This document shows positions 51,577 to 64,000 of a DNA stretch of 64,000 bases, piece by piece (positions within the stretch are counted from its first letter, which is position 1; each line of letters opens with the position of its first letter). Source of the stretch: Octopus bimaculoides (Eukaryota); contig NC_068997.1 in the NCBI RefSeq assembly GCF_001194135.2, positions 18,578,356 through 18,642,355 of the forward strand, in the 5' to 3' direction. Made by a program: the position numbers and the translations under genes. The notes below the pieces were generated by a model, which was not told the DNA's origin, made no database searches, and saw nothing but the letters and a program-made list of their open reading frames with translations.

Positions 51577-51719
51577 ATGTGTGTATGTGTGTGTGTCAGT
51601 ATGAGCATGTGTATATGTATGTGCTGTTGTGTTGGTACACAGAAAAACGCCTGCACGCATGACAATGAACAATGGTTAGGTTGGATGCATGTATGTGTGT
51701 ACAGGCGAACACAATGCTG

Positions 51720-52240
51720 GAAGCATGGGTGGACAGATGGATAAATAACTGATTGAATGGTTGGCTAGGTGAATGGATGGACGATTATCTAAATTTATGA
51801 ATGAATCAATGAATGTATCAATGCACAACTGAAGGTTGGCTGGGCTGATGGCTGGCTAAACAAATGGTTAGTCGGAGAAGATATGAATGACCGCATCGGA
51901 TGTATATGTGTGTGTTTAACTGAAATATGAGAGCATGTATTTGGTTATACGCTTGTGTGTGCGTTTGTGTATGTGAGTATGTGCGTCTGTCTATGTGTAG
52001 ATGTGTGTTCATGTGTGCCTGAAGACATGTGCGTTTGGATGGACGCATGGATGCATCGATGTAAAATTGAAAGTATGAATTCGAAACCGAAGGGTAGTTG
52101 GATTGAGAGAAAACTGGACGAGTGGCTGGACAGATAAAATATAAATGACATTATTGAGTAGTAAGGGTAGGTGTATGATTGAATCCATATATGAATGGAT
52201 GGTCGATGAGTAGATGGATGATGGGATGGATGAATAAAAT
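51720..52240. repeat. Degenerate (GGAT/GAAT)n-rich low-complexity region
   Basis: Repeated gatgg/gaatg motifs. Confidence 0.65.
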
Positions 52241-52571
52241 GGAATATAGTAGAGTAGATTTAGAATTTATGAATGAAACAAGATAGATTTGAATGAAATA
52301 TAAGGTGGACGTTTCAGTGAAATACAAAACAAAAGAAATCATATAACGATAGAATATATTTCGATACAATCTAGGTTGATGCGTGTGAAAATATGCAATA
52401 ATATATATTTGTATTTTGTATATATTTTCTGGTATGTATTTACATACATGTAAAGTAAATTCAATATACAAATGTACATATATACTGAATCTTAAACATT
52501 GGGAAAATCTCTCACATACATAGATACACGCATACACGCACACAAACAAATACACACATATTGATTTCAAA

Positions 52572-52785
52572 TTTTGGCACAGGACCAGTAATGTCAGGGA
52601 AGGGCGTCAGTCAATTTCATCGATCCCAGTACTCTACTGATACTTATTTTACTGACCCTGAAAGTATAAAAGGTAAAGTCGACTTCAGCGAAATTCGAAC
52701 GTAAAGATAGACGAAAAGCCGGTAAAGATTTCGCCCGACGTGGTAACGATTTTGCCTGCTTACATGAGGTTGGGCACAAATAGCT
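52572..52785 (-). mobile_element. S1 SINE
   Basis: Reverse complement of ggcaaaatcgttaccacgtcgggcgaaatc...gttcgaatttcgctgaagtcgactttacc...aagtatcagtagagtactgggatcg. Confidence 0.85.
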
Positions 52786-52993
52786 CGAAATCGTAAGGTC
52801 TGATGATTTTGTCGTCTGCTACAAGATGGTATGGATCAGTCCCCTACTTGGGGTGTATATCGGGTGCAGACTGCATCGAAACCCACTGAATGTGGATTCT
52901 TCTGGGGTTAAAAATGGTAGTCGGTTCCTAGAAAAACGTCGGTTCATACAGAACAAGCATATTGATGTGACGATAAACATTACTACTCTCTCA

Positions 52994-53084
<91 letters not shown>

Positions 53085-53475
53085 ACACTCTCTCTCTTGT
53101 TGTTAAATGCTCGAAATACGAGAGTAGGAAAACGGTTAACAACTGGTGAAGGGTTGTTCTTTATGTTGTTTGTTTTGTTTTCCATTTGTGTCTTTCGTTG
53201 TTCCTAAAAATAGTTCATGTTCCATGTATCCGTATTTCGTATTTTTCGTTGTACACGTTTCGTGACGTTCTGTACCCACATATATANNNNNNNNNNNNNN
53301 NNNNNNNNNNNNNNNNNNNNNNNNNNNNNNNNNNNNNNNNNNNNNNNNNNNNNNNNNNNNNNNNNNNNNNNNNNNNNNNNNNNNNNNNNNNNNNNNNNNN
53401 NNNNNNNNNNNNNNNNNNNNNNNNNNNNNNNNNNNNNNNNNNNNNNNNNNNNNNNNNNNNNNNNNNNNNNNNNNN

Positions 53476-53550
<75 letters not shown>

Positions 53551-55201
53551 CAAATATGGACGGGGGTGATAGTGTATAACATCGAGATAATATCAGAAGC
53601 ATTCATTTGAAGTAATAATATAATAAGTTCTACCTGAAGAAGAGGCGGTTTTCGTGGAATTGTGGAGAAGAAGTTATGAAGTGTGTCGACGTATAAGGTT
53701 GGGGTACAAGAAGATTCGCGGGGAGAAGGTATCGAATTTCTACTTCAAGATTAAGGTATTCTAAACTCATCGGAATCCTTGTAAATTTGTTTATTCCTCT
53801 GCTACTTAGTACATGACATAAATATTCATGTGTCTTACGCGCATGACTACACTTAACCATCTGCAGTGCTACCGTTTGTGCATCCAAAGTAAATTACATC
53901 TACGCTGAGTGATGGACGTGCAATGCTTGTGTGAATATAGCAACATATTAAAACGTAACTGATCGAAATTAAATATAACCAAGAACCAAATACAGAATGT
54001 AAAGTATTATTTAGGTACCATGGTTTGATCAAATTCACTATTTGCATCGAAAAGCAAAAGCTTCTTTCCCTCTCTCTTTCTTTACTTTTATCTGTCTTCC
54101 TATCTACTTTCATTATAGCTCTTTCTCTGTTTCTATCTCTGTCTCTGCCAATTTCTTCATCATTCTCTCTTTGCCGCCCTCCCGATCATTCACACGTTTT
54201 CTTTCACTTTCGATTGTAAGTTTTTTTCTCTCAAATCTTCCATAGTTTCCGTCTCTCTCTGTTTCTCTTTCCCCTTTCTCTCACTCTCTCTCCAAATATA
54301 TAAATCGGTAGATACAGATACGCTCACGCACACTCATATATTACGTACATATATGTATAAGTATATATATATATATATATATATNNNNNNNNNNNNNNNN
54401 NNNNNNNNNNNNNNNNNNNNNNNNNNNNNNNNNNNNNNNNNNNNNNNNNNNNNNNNNNNNNNNNNNNNNNNNNNNNNNNNNNNNNNNNNNNNNNNNNNNN
54501 NNNNNNNNNNNNNNNNNNNNNNNNNNNNNNNNNNNNNNNNNNNNNNNNNNNNNNNNNNNNNNNNNNNNNNNNNNNNNNNNNNNNNNNNNNNNNNNNNNNN
54601 NNNNNNNNNNNNNNNNNNNNNNNNNNNNNNNNNNNNNNNNNNNNNNNNNNNNNNNNNNNNNNNNNNNNNNNNNNNNNNNNNNNNNNNNNNNNNNNNNNNN
54701 NNNNNNNNNNNNNNNNNNNNNNNNNNNNNNNNNNNNNNNNNNNNNNNNNNNNNNNNNNNNNNNNNNNNNNNNNNNNNNNNNNNNNNNNNNNNNNNNNNNN
54801 NNNNNNNNNNNNNNNNNNNNNNNNNNNNNNNNNNNNNNNNNNNNNNNNNNNNNNNNNNNNNNNNNNNNNNNNNNNNNNNNNNNNNNNNNNNNNNNNNNNN
54901 NNNNNNNNNNNNNNNNNNNNNNNNNNNNNNNNNNNNNNNNNNNNNNNNNNNNNNNNNNNNNNNNNNNNNNNNNNNNNNNNNNNNNNNNNNNNNNNNNNNN
55001 NNNNNNNNNNNNNNNNNNNNNNNNNNNNNNNNNNNNNNNNNNNNNNNNNNNNNNNNNNNNNNNNNNNNNNNNNNNNNNNNNNNNNNNNNNNNNNNNNNNN
55101 NNNNNNNNNNNNNNNNNNNNNNNNNNNNNNNNNNNNTATATATATATGAATATATGCATGCACATGTATGTATTAGTCTCGTGGTGCATGTATGTATGTG
55201 G

Positions 55202-55233
<32 letters not shown>

Positions 55234-55553
55234 GCAATTTATGAGCAATAATATAATACATAGAAATCGGAGACATTATTACGCATTTATTATACCTGCC
55301 TGCATATCTCTATTCAATTATTTTACATCGATATTTTATATTTATATCTCACGTAAGCATGCGCACCCAAAGAAGCACACAACCTCACGAACATACATGT
55401 TTTTTCAGTGCACTCACACTCATACATACCTACATGCATACGTGCATATATACAAATATGCATATATGCATACATACATACACATACATACATACACATA
55501 CATATGCATACATACATACATACATACATATATGCATATATACATATATACAT

Positions 55554-55622
<69 letters not shown>

Positions 55623-56772
55623 TATAAGCGTATGCGTACTTAATCGCACACACATTCATATTCACAGGCATATATTCTCACACACACGTACGCACATCTT
55701 TCTCTCCCTCTCTTTCTCTTTCTGTGTGTATATATGTGTGTATGTGTGTGTGTATGTGTGTGTGTTTGTGTGTGTATGGATGTACATAAAGTTATGTAAA
55801 TCTACTTACGTTTTATCGTCATCCATGTGGATATGTATAATTATTTTACTATGTATATGATATTAGATGTCGTCAAAAGGAACTGAAGTATCTTAGTCGT
55901 ATATAGATACAGAGGGGAAGATGCTCCATTTAAAGTGATTTTCTTTTAAGAGTCAAATAGTAGATACATAAAACCATCGAAGCAAACCACTTCATCACTC
56001 ATGTTTCTATACTGTATAAAGGAATTATAGACTTCTCTCTATACTAACTAGTTTACACTATAATATTAATAAAAAAACATTTAGTGTGTGTAGATATTCT
56101 TTTTTAATCTAACATATCAGGTATGGACTTGTATATATATATATATATNNNNNNNNNNTATGTTGATGTTTATTTATTTGGTGGCGGGGTTAGTTGCATG
56201 TATATATTGGTTGGCACTCCGTCGGTTACGACGACGAGGGTTCCAGTTGATCCATGACGTGCGCCCAAATATTCATATAGTCATAATTTTTCTTGTATTT
56301 TTGTTTGGCATAATCAGAGAAGAAAGCACAACACCCATGTACTTAATGAAAGACCTCAGAGACTGATGAGAAAAAGAAGGAAGACCCAGTCTCAGTATTT
56401 ATAACAGAATAGACTTTTCTACTACACCTAAGGCCCAGATGGTGTCGTGACATACGGCGATAGACTAAACCTCCCAACCAAACCTTTATAGTACCTCCAA
56501 CAAGCTTCCTTTCTTTTCTCGTCTTTCAAATTTCTATCCCAAGACTTCTTCAATTCGAGTTTATTGAAGGAGGCACTAACTCAACGTAAAACACATTAGG
56601 CATGAACCTGAAACCAAGTGATTTGAGGCAAAATTCTTATCGGCATAATCATTCTCTTGTATAGCTAGAATCTTCTGCTTACACATCATACGTACATACG
56701 AACGCATATACACTCATATTCCCAAAGATTTGAGAATTTGTGTGTTAAATACACACACGCATATATATGTAT

Positions 56773-56837
<65 letters not shown>

Positions 56838-57236
56838 TATGTATATTTATACGTACAAACATATATGCGTAAATATGTACATATATGTATATATGTGTGT
56901 ATGTATACAACGACTTATTTGTGTACGCATTATCGCACATACCCACTTACAGACATAAAAATTTCACAAATACATATATATACACTTTATATGTACAATC
57001 TCACGTTTCACAGGAATAATGAAATGCAATCACAAGGTGAGAAACAGTGAAGAGAAAAACTAAAGCATAGAACAGAAGCAGTTACACGACACAAATATAG
57101 GCATACGCACGTACGCACAACTATTCGCACAGAAGCATATCCACACATGCGCACGACAGTCATACGAACACGCAGCAACATGAGTAAATTCACACATTCC
57201 CTTAGAAACAAACGCATATACATTCATGTATACTCG

Positions 57237-57283
<47 letters not shown>

Positions 57284-57854
57284 TCAATAAATAAATTCGA
57301 GAATTGTTTCTAGAAATTTCGTTTGTACTGTTTTAGCAATGGCCGAAAAATCTTTCACTGAAAACAAACGAGCAGACGATGGGACGCCATCTTGTTAAGT
57401 AGCTAATTCGATTGTGACAACGTATTGTCCAGATTATTTCCTTTGACGCTTCTTTCTTTCCACTATTTCAAACCTACTGAACCGTAATATCACTTTATTT
57501 TAATTTATTTCTATATTGTAGCTGTTATTGCTAGCGTTTATTTTAAAAGAAGCCATTAACGGTTGTTGATTGTAGAGTTGTTAGTTATTTTTGCTTTTGT
57601 TGTTGCTGTTGTTTGTTCTAGTTGTCTTCTGTTTTAGTCGTAGCTATTTCCTCTGTCATTGTATTGTGTTTTGTTGTTGTTGCTGTTGCTGTCATTTTAG
57701 TAAATGCTGTTGTTTCTCCAGTTTTCTTGCCGACATTGTTATTTGTCATTACTTCCTATAATTTTTTTTAAGATTCAGACCAGCTGTTATTTCTTGGAGG
57801 TCAGACCTCCACGAGGAAGTGTTTTCGTATGCACGCTAGATGGCATTGTTGTTA

Positions 57855-58015
57855 CTCTTCTTTTTCTTCTTCTTCTTCTTCTTCTTCTTCTTCTTCTTCT
57901 TCTTCTTCTTCTCTCCTCCTCCTCCCTCTTCTTCTTCTTCTTCTTCTTCTTCTTCTTCTTCTTCTTCTTCTTCTTCTTCTTCTTCTTCTTCTTCTTCTTC
58001 TTCTTCGTCTTCTTC
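57855..58015. repeat. (TTC)n with a (TCC) interruption
   Basis: Directly visible. Confidence 0.97.
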
Positions 58016-58548
58016 TCCACTTCCTTGTTTTTTTCTTCGCTTCTTGCTTAGCTTAATGTCAACTTCGATTAAGCAGACCTATGATAAAGACGTTCTAACC
58101 GTGAACATCCTGTTCGTCATTGACATAGTCAAACCTAAAAAAAAAATGCTATTGAAATTATAATGTTTGCAGACAATAAAATCTGATTTGAAGGAATTTT
58201 AACTTCTATTTCTCGCAGTTCTAATTAGTACAAACGACTCCCTTCTAGTTTTCGTAATAGCTGTTGATTTTGTAGACACATGTATGGTACTCAATTGTTA
58301 TTGCTGCTGCTGTCGTTGAGCACAGTGTGCAAACAGATTAGCTAGTTACTACACGTATATAGTATATGCTATACTGAATGAACAATTCTGGGACGTGTTA
58401 TACGCAACGTAGTCTCGGATATATAAACAATATTCAAGATGGAATTTCCAGAAAAATAGGTTAAATCTGCCAACAAATCTTTATCCAACATATCTACATA
58501 AAGTATTAATCTCTGAAAGCATTTTATATATTTTACTTCTCAACGCAG

Positions 58549-58592
58549 TGTTTGAACGACTCGAGAAGAACGACCCAGACGAGACTATTTAA
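58549..58592 (+). CDS. Weak candidate terminal coding exon (xFERLEKNDPDETI*)
   Basis: Long pyrimidine-rich acceptor attttatatattttacttctcaacgcAG (58547-8), then an open frame to TAA at 58590-2. No homology recognised. Confidence 0.22.
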
Positions 58593-58616
58593 ACTGTTAG
58601 AAACAGCAGTCTAAAA

Positions 58617-58842
58617 GGCGAGCTGGCAGAAACGTTAGCGCGCCAGGTGAGATGCTTAGCGGTATTTTGTCTGCCGCTATGTTCTGAGTTCAAATTCCGC
58701 CGAGGTCGACTTTGCCTTTCATCCTTTCGAGGTCGATTAAATAAGTACCAGTTACGCACTGGCGTCGATATAATCGACTTAATCCGTTTGTCTGTCCTTG
58801 TTTGTCCCCTCTGTGTGTAGCCCCTTGTGGGCAATAAAGAAA
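58617..58842 (+). mobile_element. Young full-length S1 SINE with a perfect 20-bp TSD
   Basis: ttagaaacagcagtctaaaa at 58597-58616 and 58843-58862; intact A-box (tggcagaaacgtt) and B-box (gagttcaaattcc). Confidence 0.95.
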
Positions 58843-59433
58843 TTAGAAACAGCAGTCTAAAACTACTTAAAATACCATACTAACATGGAAACGAATAAGA
58901 GGTCTTTGACAGTTTATGTAAAGAAAAAGGAAAAAAGTAGGCACCATGTTTGTAATACCTTCACTTAAGGGGCAATTCAATGATCGTCGACTTGCGAATA
59001 AACGACGACTACAATAACATAGATACTTCACATAGTATATATAAATATATATAAATATAAATCACTGGTAATTTCTATTCTACTTGCCATGGATTATCAT
59101 CAAACATTCTCCTTTAGAATTGATAATAGACCTGGCCTATAACATTATTATTTATTTGATCATAATGCGAATCTACTTCACTCTGATACTTCTTTCATTT
59201 CTAACAAACTAGCAAGTGCTAATATCCTCGATTGGTGGGTATGGTCCTTCGTTTTATATTTTTCTGGTTTCTACCTTGCTTATGGAATCCTTACTCAATA
59301 TCATGATCCACATGCTTGGCTAATCTAGACACGGGTATAAGCGACTCTATCTGTGTATATTCTCTGTCCAAAATAAATGTTTTTTTTTTTGAGTGATGCC
59401 AAATATTTTGTTTTTCATTTTACATTTCAACCT

Positions 59434-59545
<112 letters not shown>

Positions 59546-61044
59546 ATGTATGAATGCATACATGTATGTATGCATGTATATTCCATATTTTTATACTTTA
59601 CATACGCGAAGTATACACCTAGTTTTGTATTCATATACATCTCGTCTGCGTCCTATCTTCTGTTTTGCTCTGTATTGTATCGAGGCTTCAGTTCTTCATT
59701 TCTCCCAATACTTTTGAGCTATTAGCATGTAATTTTATAGATATTTCGCCGCAAATTCTAGTGTTTTTAGATTAGATTGAGTCGCTGTTTGAAGACAACA
59801 ACTAATGTTGCTCTTACAATTCAAATTTGAGGGTAACAAAGAATTCTTAGGTTACTAAGCGTATAGAGAATAGAATGCCAACTCACTTATACGCTATTTG
59901 CTAATTGCTGTAGCTTACGTTTGTGCTACATGACCCTGTCTTCTTAACTTATAATTATAGATCATATACTTAATCGTATATGCCGATGGTTTTATAAGCA
60001 CATTTTCCTACCATTCTCAAAAACAATGGTTTTCATCTATATCAGATGCGTATCATGATTGTTATAAAAGGGTGTGCTATAGTGCTCAATATATTTCTAC
60101 CATAAGTATAACTAAAAGATAAAGAACACAATAAGCAAAAGAAACCAAAAAGTTCTCTACTCTATTTCTATGTATAATACGACTTCAACCTGATTTATCT
60201 ATCTTTCAAATGTGCATTATTGGCTTTGAAAATAAATTAGCAGATTATATTATTATGATACTGCAAGAAGAGAATTATTATATAGGAAATTTCACATCTT
60301 TTGAGAGTGCAACGCAGTAATCTAGTCCTTCCCCACCAGATTATTTAGGCTGAAACTACATCAAATGTCTACAAACCTGGTCGTAAAGGAGCAAGTTAAA
60401 AATCTTGTCCATTGTTATTCTCCGTGTTAAGCAACAGCACAAAATATGAGATAAACCCATCCACCCTCATAATCTACAACAAAAATATTATGAAAAAAAA
60501 TTAACAAAATCTTCCTGAATCCACATCTTGCCTTGAATAGGGAAACGACACAGACATATTTATTTATATTTATATGTATATATAAGTATATATGCATATA
60601 TATGTATGCATATACACACACATACACACGTATATATAAGGTTTTATATATAAATATATATATATATATATATANNNNNNNNNNNNNNNNNNNNNNNNNN
60701 NNNNNNNNNNNNNNNNNNNNNNNNNNNNNNNNNNNNNNNNNNNNNNNNNNNNNNNNNNNNNNNNNNNNNNNNNNNNNNNNNNNNNNNNNNNNNATATATA
60801 AAATGTCTCTCATAATACGATTTTTCGTAGAGCGACGACCTGACGATAAGCAAGCGTAAAAGTATCCGCTATATAGATATGTAATAGCTTACACTAGAGG
60901 CAGATAAAACATTTACAGCTCTCATGTCTAAAAGAGTCAAATAGCCACTCGATGAAAAAAGGGATTCATAAAATGTGAACATCACTGGAATAAGATTTAA
61001 ATGAGAAAAACCAACTCGCGACCCGGCACAGGGGCTGCATATCT

Positions 61045-61131
<87 letters not shown>

Positions 61132-61346
61132 GTTCCGACCTTCATTTGTGAAAAGCCTATATTGTACCGTCTCTTGATTGCACTAGTAGCTATTCCTGCA
61201 TGAAATTCTGTATAACAAATATATATATATATATAACGAATGGTTGCCACGTAGTAGCCTATGTATGTGTGTATATATAATATATATATACATATGTTTA
61301 TATATGTATGTATATGTAAATACACACATACTTACATACATACACA

Positions 61347-61390
<44 letters not shown>

Positions 61391-61486
61391 NNNNNNNNNN
61401 ACACACACACACACACACATACATATATATTAAATTTGGAACGAAATACAGAAAGAAACGAAGAAAGAAAGAAGAAAGAGATAGAC

Positions 61487-61534
<48 letters not shown>

Positions 61535-62099
61535 TGATAGATAGATAGATAGAAACAAATACAGGAGGGAGTGACTGGAGGTGAGAAACATAACGGCTGA
61601 AAGACACAGCGTGTAGTATCACAATATTTCTTTCCCTAGATTCTCGTCATCAACCCTTATTCATTATACAGCTCTCATCATTCTTTTCTTTTTGTTTTTT
61701 TGTTTGTTTTTTTTTTGTTCTTTTGTCCTTTCCCCATCCTTTCTTTCTTTCAAATGATTTCTTATACATGCTTTCCTTCTAAACCTTCATTACATTTCGG
61801 TCTTTCTTTGTGCTATTTTCTTCGGCTTTCATCCGATCCTGCGTTTTATAAGGTTTTGCACATTCTATTAGTCAAATGCAATTTTCCAAATTCGCAATAA
61901 TGAAAATAGAAAGAACAAACAAAAATGGACATACAGTTGTCTTGGAATAAATCCAATTCCTTTTGTTGTGCAAAATGCAGAAATGGACGATGCTGCAAAG
62001 CTTTACTCCCTCCGCACCTATATTTTTTCTTCCTCTTTTTCTTGTCTCCCCATGTCTCTGACAACATTTCTCTCTCTGTCTTTCTTTCTCTCTCTCTGT

Positions 62100-62172
<73 letters not shown>

Positions 62173-62785
62173 TCTCTTTACTTTGTCTTCTTCTTTCCCT
62201 TTAAATTATTTCTTCTCACTAACAGCCTTAAAAGTGGCATGTTGCACATAAAAGCAAACCTACCGACAACTGTAACAACAACAACAACAACAACAGCAAC
62301 AACTAAGAGGAAAAAAACAACAACAACAACATAACAACAATATGAATAAGTAGTAAAAACAGCAAAAACAACAACAGCTACAACTACTACAACTACTACA
62401 AGCAGATAGAAGTATAGAAGGATGGACGTCAACATCAACTATAAAATTAAGCTTTTTGTTGTTATTATTCTTTTTACTTTTTTTTGCTTTTGGTCTTTCG
62501 CTCCCCCTCCTCTCTCTCTCTCTCTATCGTTCGTCTTTTTCTGAAGACAACATTAAAATCCAGGTGAATAACGCCTTGTCAATGTTTCGCCGAAAACCTG
62601 CGACATGAATCAATACGACGTCTTCACAGCGCATCGTTACGTAAAAACAAAACTCGCACCACGGATCTTCTCACAAATATGCATTCACCCACCACACTTA
62701 CACACATCTTGTATATGTATGTATGTGTGTGTCTGCGTGTGCGTGTGTTTTTGTGCGTCTGTGCATATATCTATCTATCAATATA

Positions 62786-62828
<43 letters not shown>

Positions 62829-63321
62829 NNNNNNNNNNNNNNNNNNNNNNNNNNNNNNNNNNNNNNNNNNNNNNNNNNNNNNNNNNNNNNNNNNNNNNNN
62901 NNNNNNNNNNNNNNNNNNNNNNNNNNNNNNNNNNNNNNNNNNNNNNNNNNNNNNNNNNNNNNNNNNNNNNNNNNNNNNNNNNNNNNNNNNNNNNNNNNNN
63001 NNNNNNNNNNNNNNNNNNNNNNNNNNNNNNNNNNNNNNNNNNNNNNNNNNNNNNNNNNNNNNNNNNNNNNNNNNNNNNNNNNNNNNNNNNNNNNNNNNNN
63101 NNNNNNNNNNNNNNNNNNNNNNNNNNNNNNNNNNNNNNNNNNNNNNNNNNNNNNNNNNNNNNNNNNNNNNNNNNNNNNNNNNNNNNNNNNNNNNNNNNNN
63201 NNNNNNNNNNNNNNNNNNNNNNNNNNNNNNNNNNNNNNNNNNNNNNNNNNNNNNNNNNNNNNNNNNNNNNNNNNNNNNNNNNNNNNNNNNNNNNNNNNNN
63301 NNNNNNNNNNNNNNNNNNNNN

Positions 63322-63367
<46 letters not shown>

Positions 63368-63499
63368 TACTTACATACGTAACTACGTAGGAGTGCACAC
63401 AAAAACATTCATTACAACGGAATGAACGTAGTATGGGTTACGTCTGTTTGTAAGAGCAAATTGTCACTATACAATATTTCTTCATATAGCACTAATACC

Positions 63500-63611
63500 A
63501 GTACCAGCAACACCACTACCGCCACAACAGCATTCACCATCGCCATTGCCATCGTGGCCATCATCATCACCATCATCATCATCATCATCATCCTCGTCGT
63601 CGTCGTCGTCG

Positions 63612-63659
<48 letters not shown>

Positions 63660-63745
63660 AGAACAACATCATCATCACCATCATCACCGTCGTTAACATC
63701 ATCATCATTATCATCATCACCGTCATCATGATCATGATCATCACC
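63500..63745. repeat. (CAT)n/(CGT)n compound microsatellite
   Basis: Directly visible. Confidence 0.95.
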
Positions 63746-63856
63746 AATATATACCTTATCACTGCAGGCTTCTCTTCACTAGAATTACTGCATATCTACA
63801 TATAAAGACAAAGACACACACAGACACAGACATACACACACATATATATAACATTG

Positions 63857-63897
<41 letters not shown>

Positions 63898-64000
63898 CTT
63901 TTTAAGCATTTTGCCAAGCACATGACNNNNNNNNNNATATATATATAACTTTTTAAGCATTTTGCCAAGCACATGACAATTCTGAGGTAACATTAGAAAG

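Noticed and set aside
53634-53887. Minus-strand ORF ending at a CAG/GTagaa donor
   Set aside because: No convincing acceptor or recognisable peptide.
58621-58700. tRNA-like A/B boxes in this and other SINE heads
   Set aside because: No cloverleaf or 3' acceptor stem; these are SINE heads, not tRNA genes.
62547-62563. 17-nt plus-strand micro-exon candidate (ttttctgaAG...CAG/GTgaat)
   Set aside because: The pyrimidine tract comes from an adjacent (CT)n repeat; too short to support.

Overview
AT-rich eukaryotic intronic/intergenic DNA from a short-read scaffold with 22 N-gaps, nearly all bordered by (TA)n, (TG)n or (TC)n. The repeat families (octopus-type tRNA SINEs, Dong/R4 and RTE LINEs, Penelope elements, very dense microsatellites) suggest an octopus genome; this is inference. 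No complete host gene can be supported. Almost every ORF in the six-frame track is a translation of microsatellite or N-gap sequence. Real coding signal is limited to decayed transposon fragments: at least nine pieces of Dong/R4-type (restriction-like endonuclease) LINEs, a Tx1/L1 3' end, a Penelope GIY-YIG 3' end, RTE RT pieces and two mariner remnants, plus a few weak exon candidates. The most notable structure is a microsatellite-targeting pattern. Several Dong-like families stack head-to-tail in (TAA)n tracts, one of which is a SINE tail, while a divergent family sits in (TACA)n instead. There are also fossil hammerhead-ribozyme cores, a 293-bp palindrome and a 95%-identical inverted LINE pair. 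All alignments, identities and translations were done by eye.
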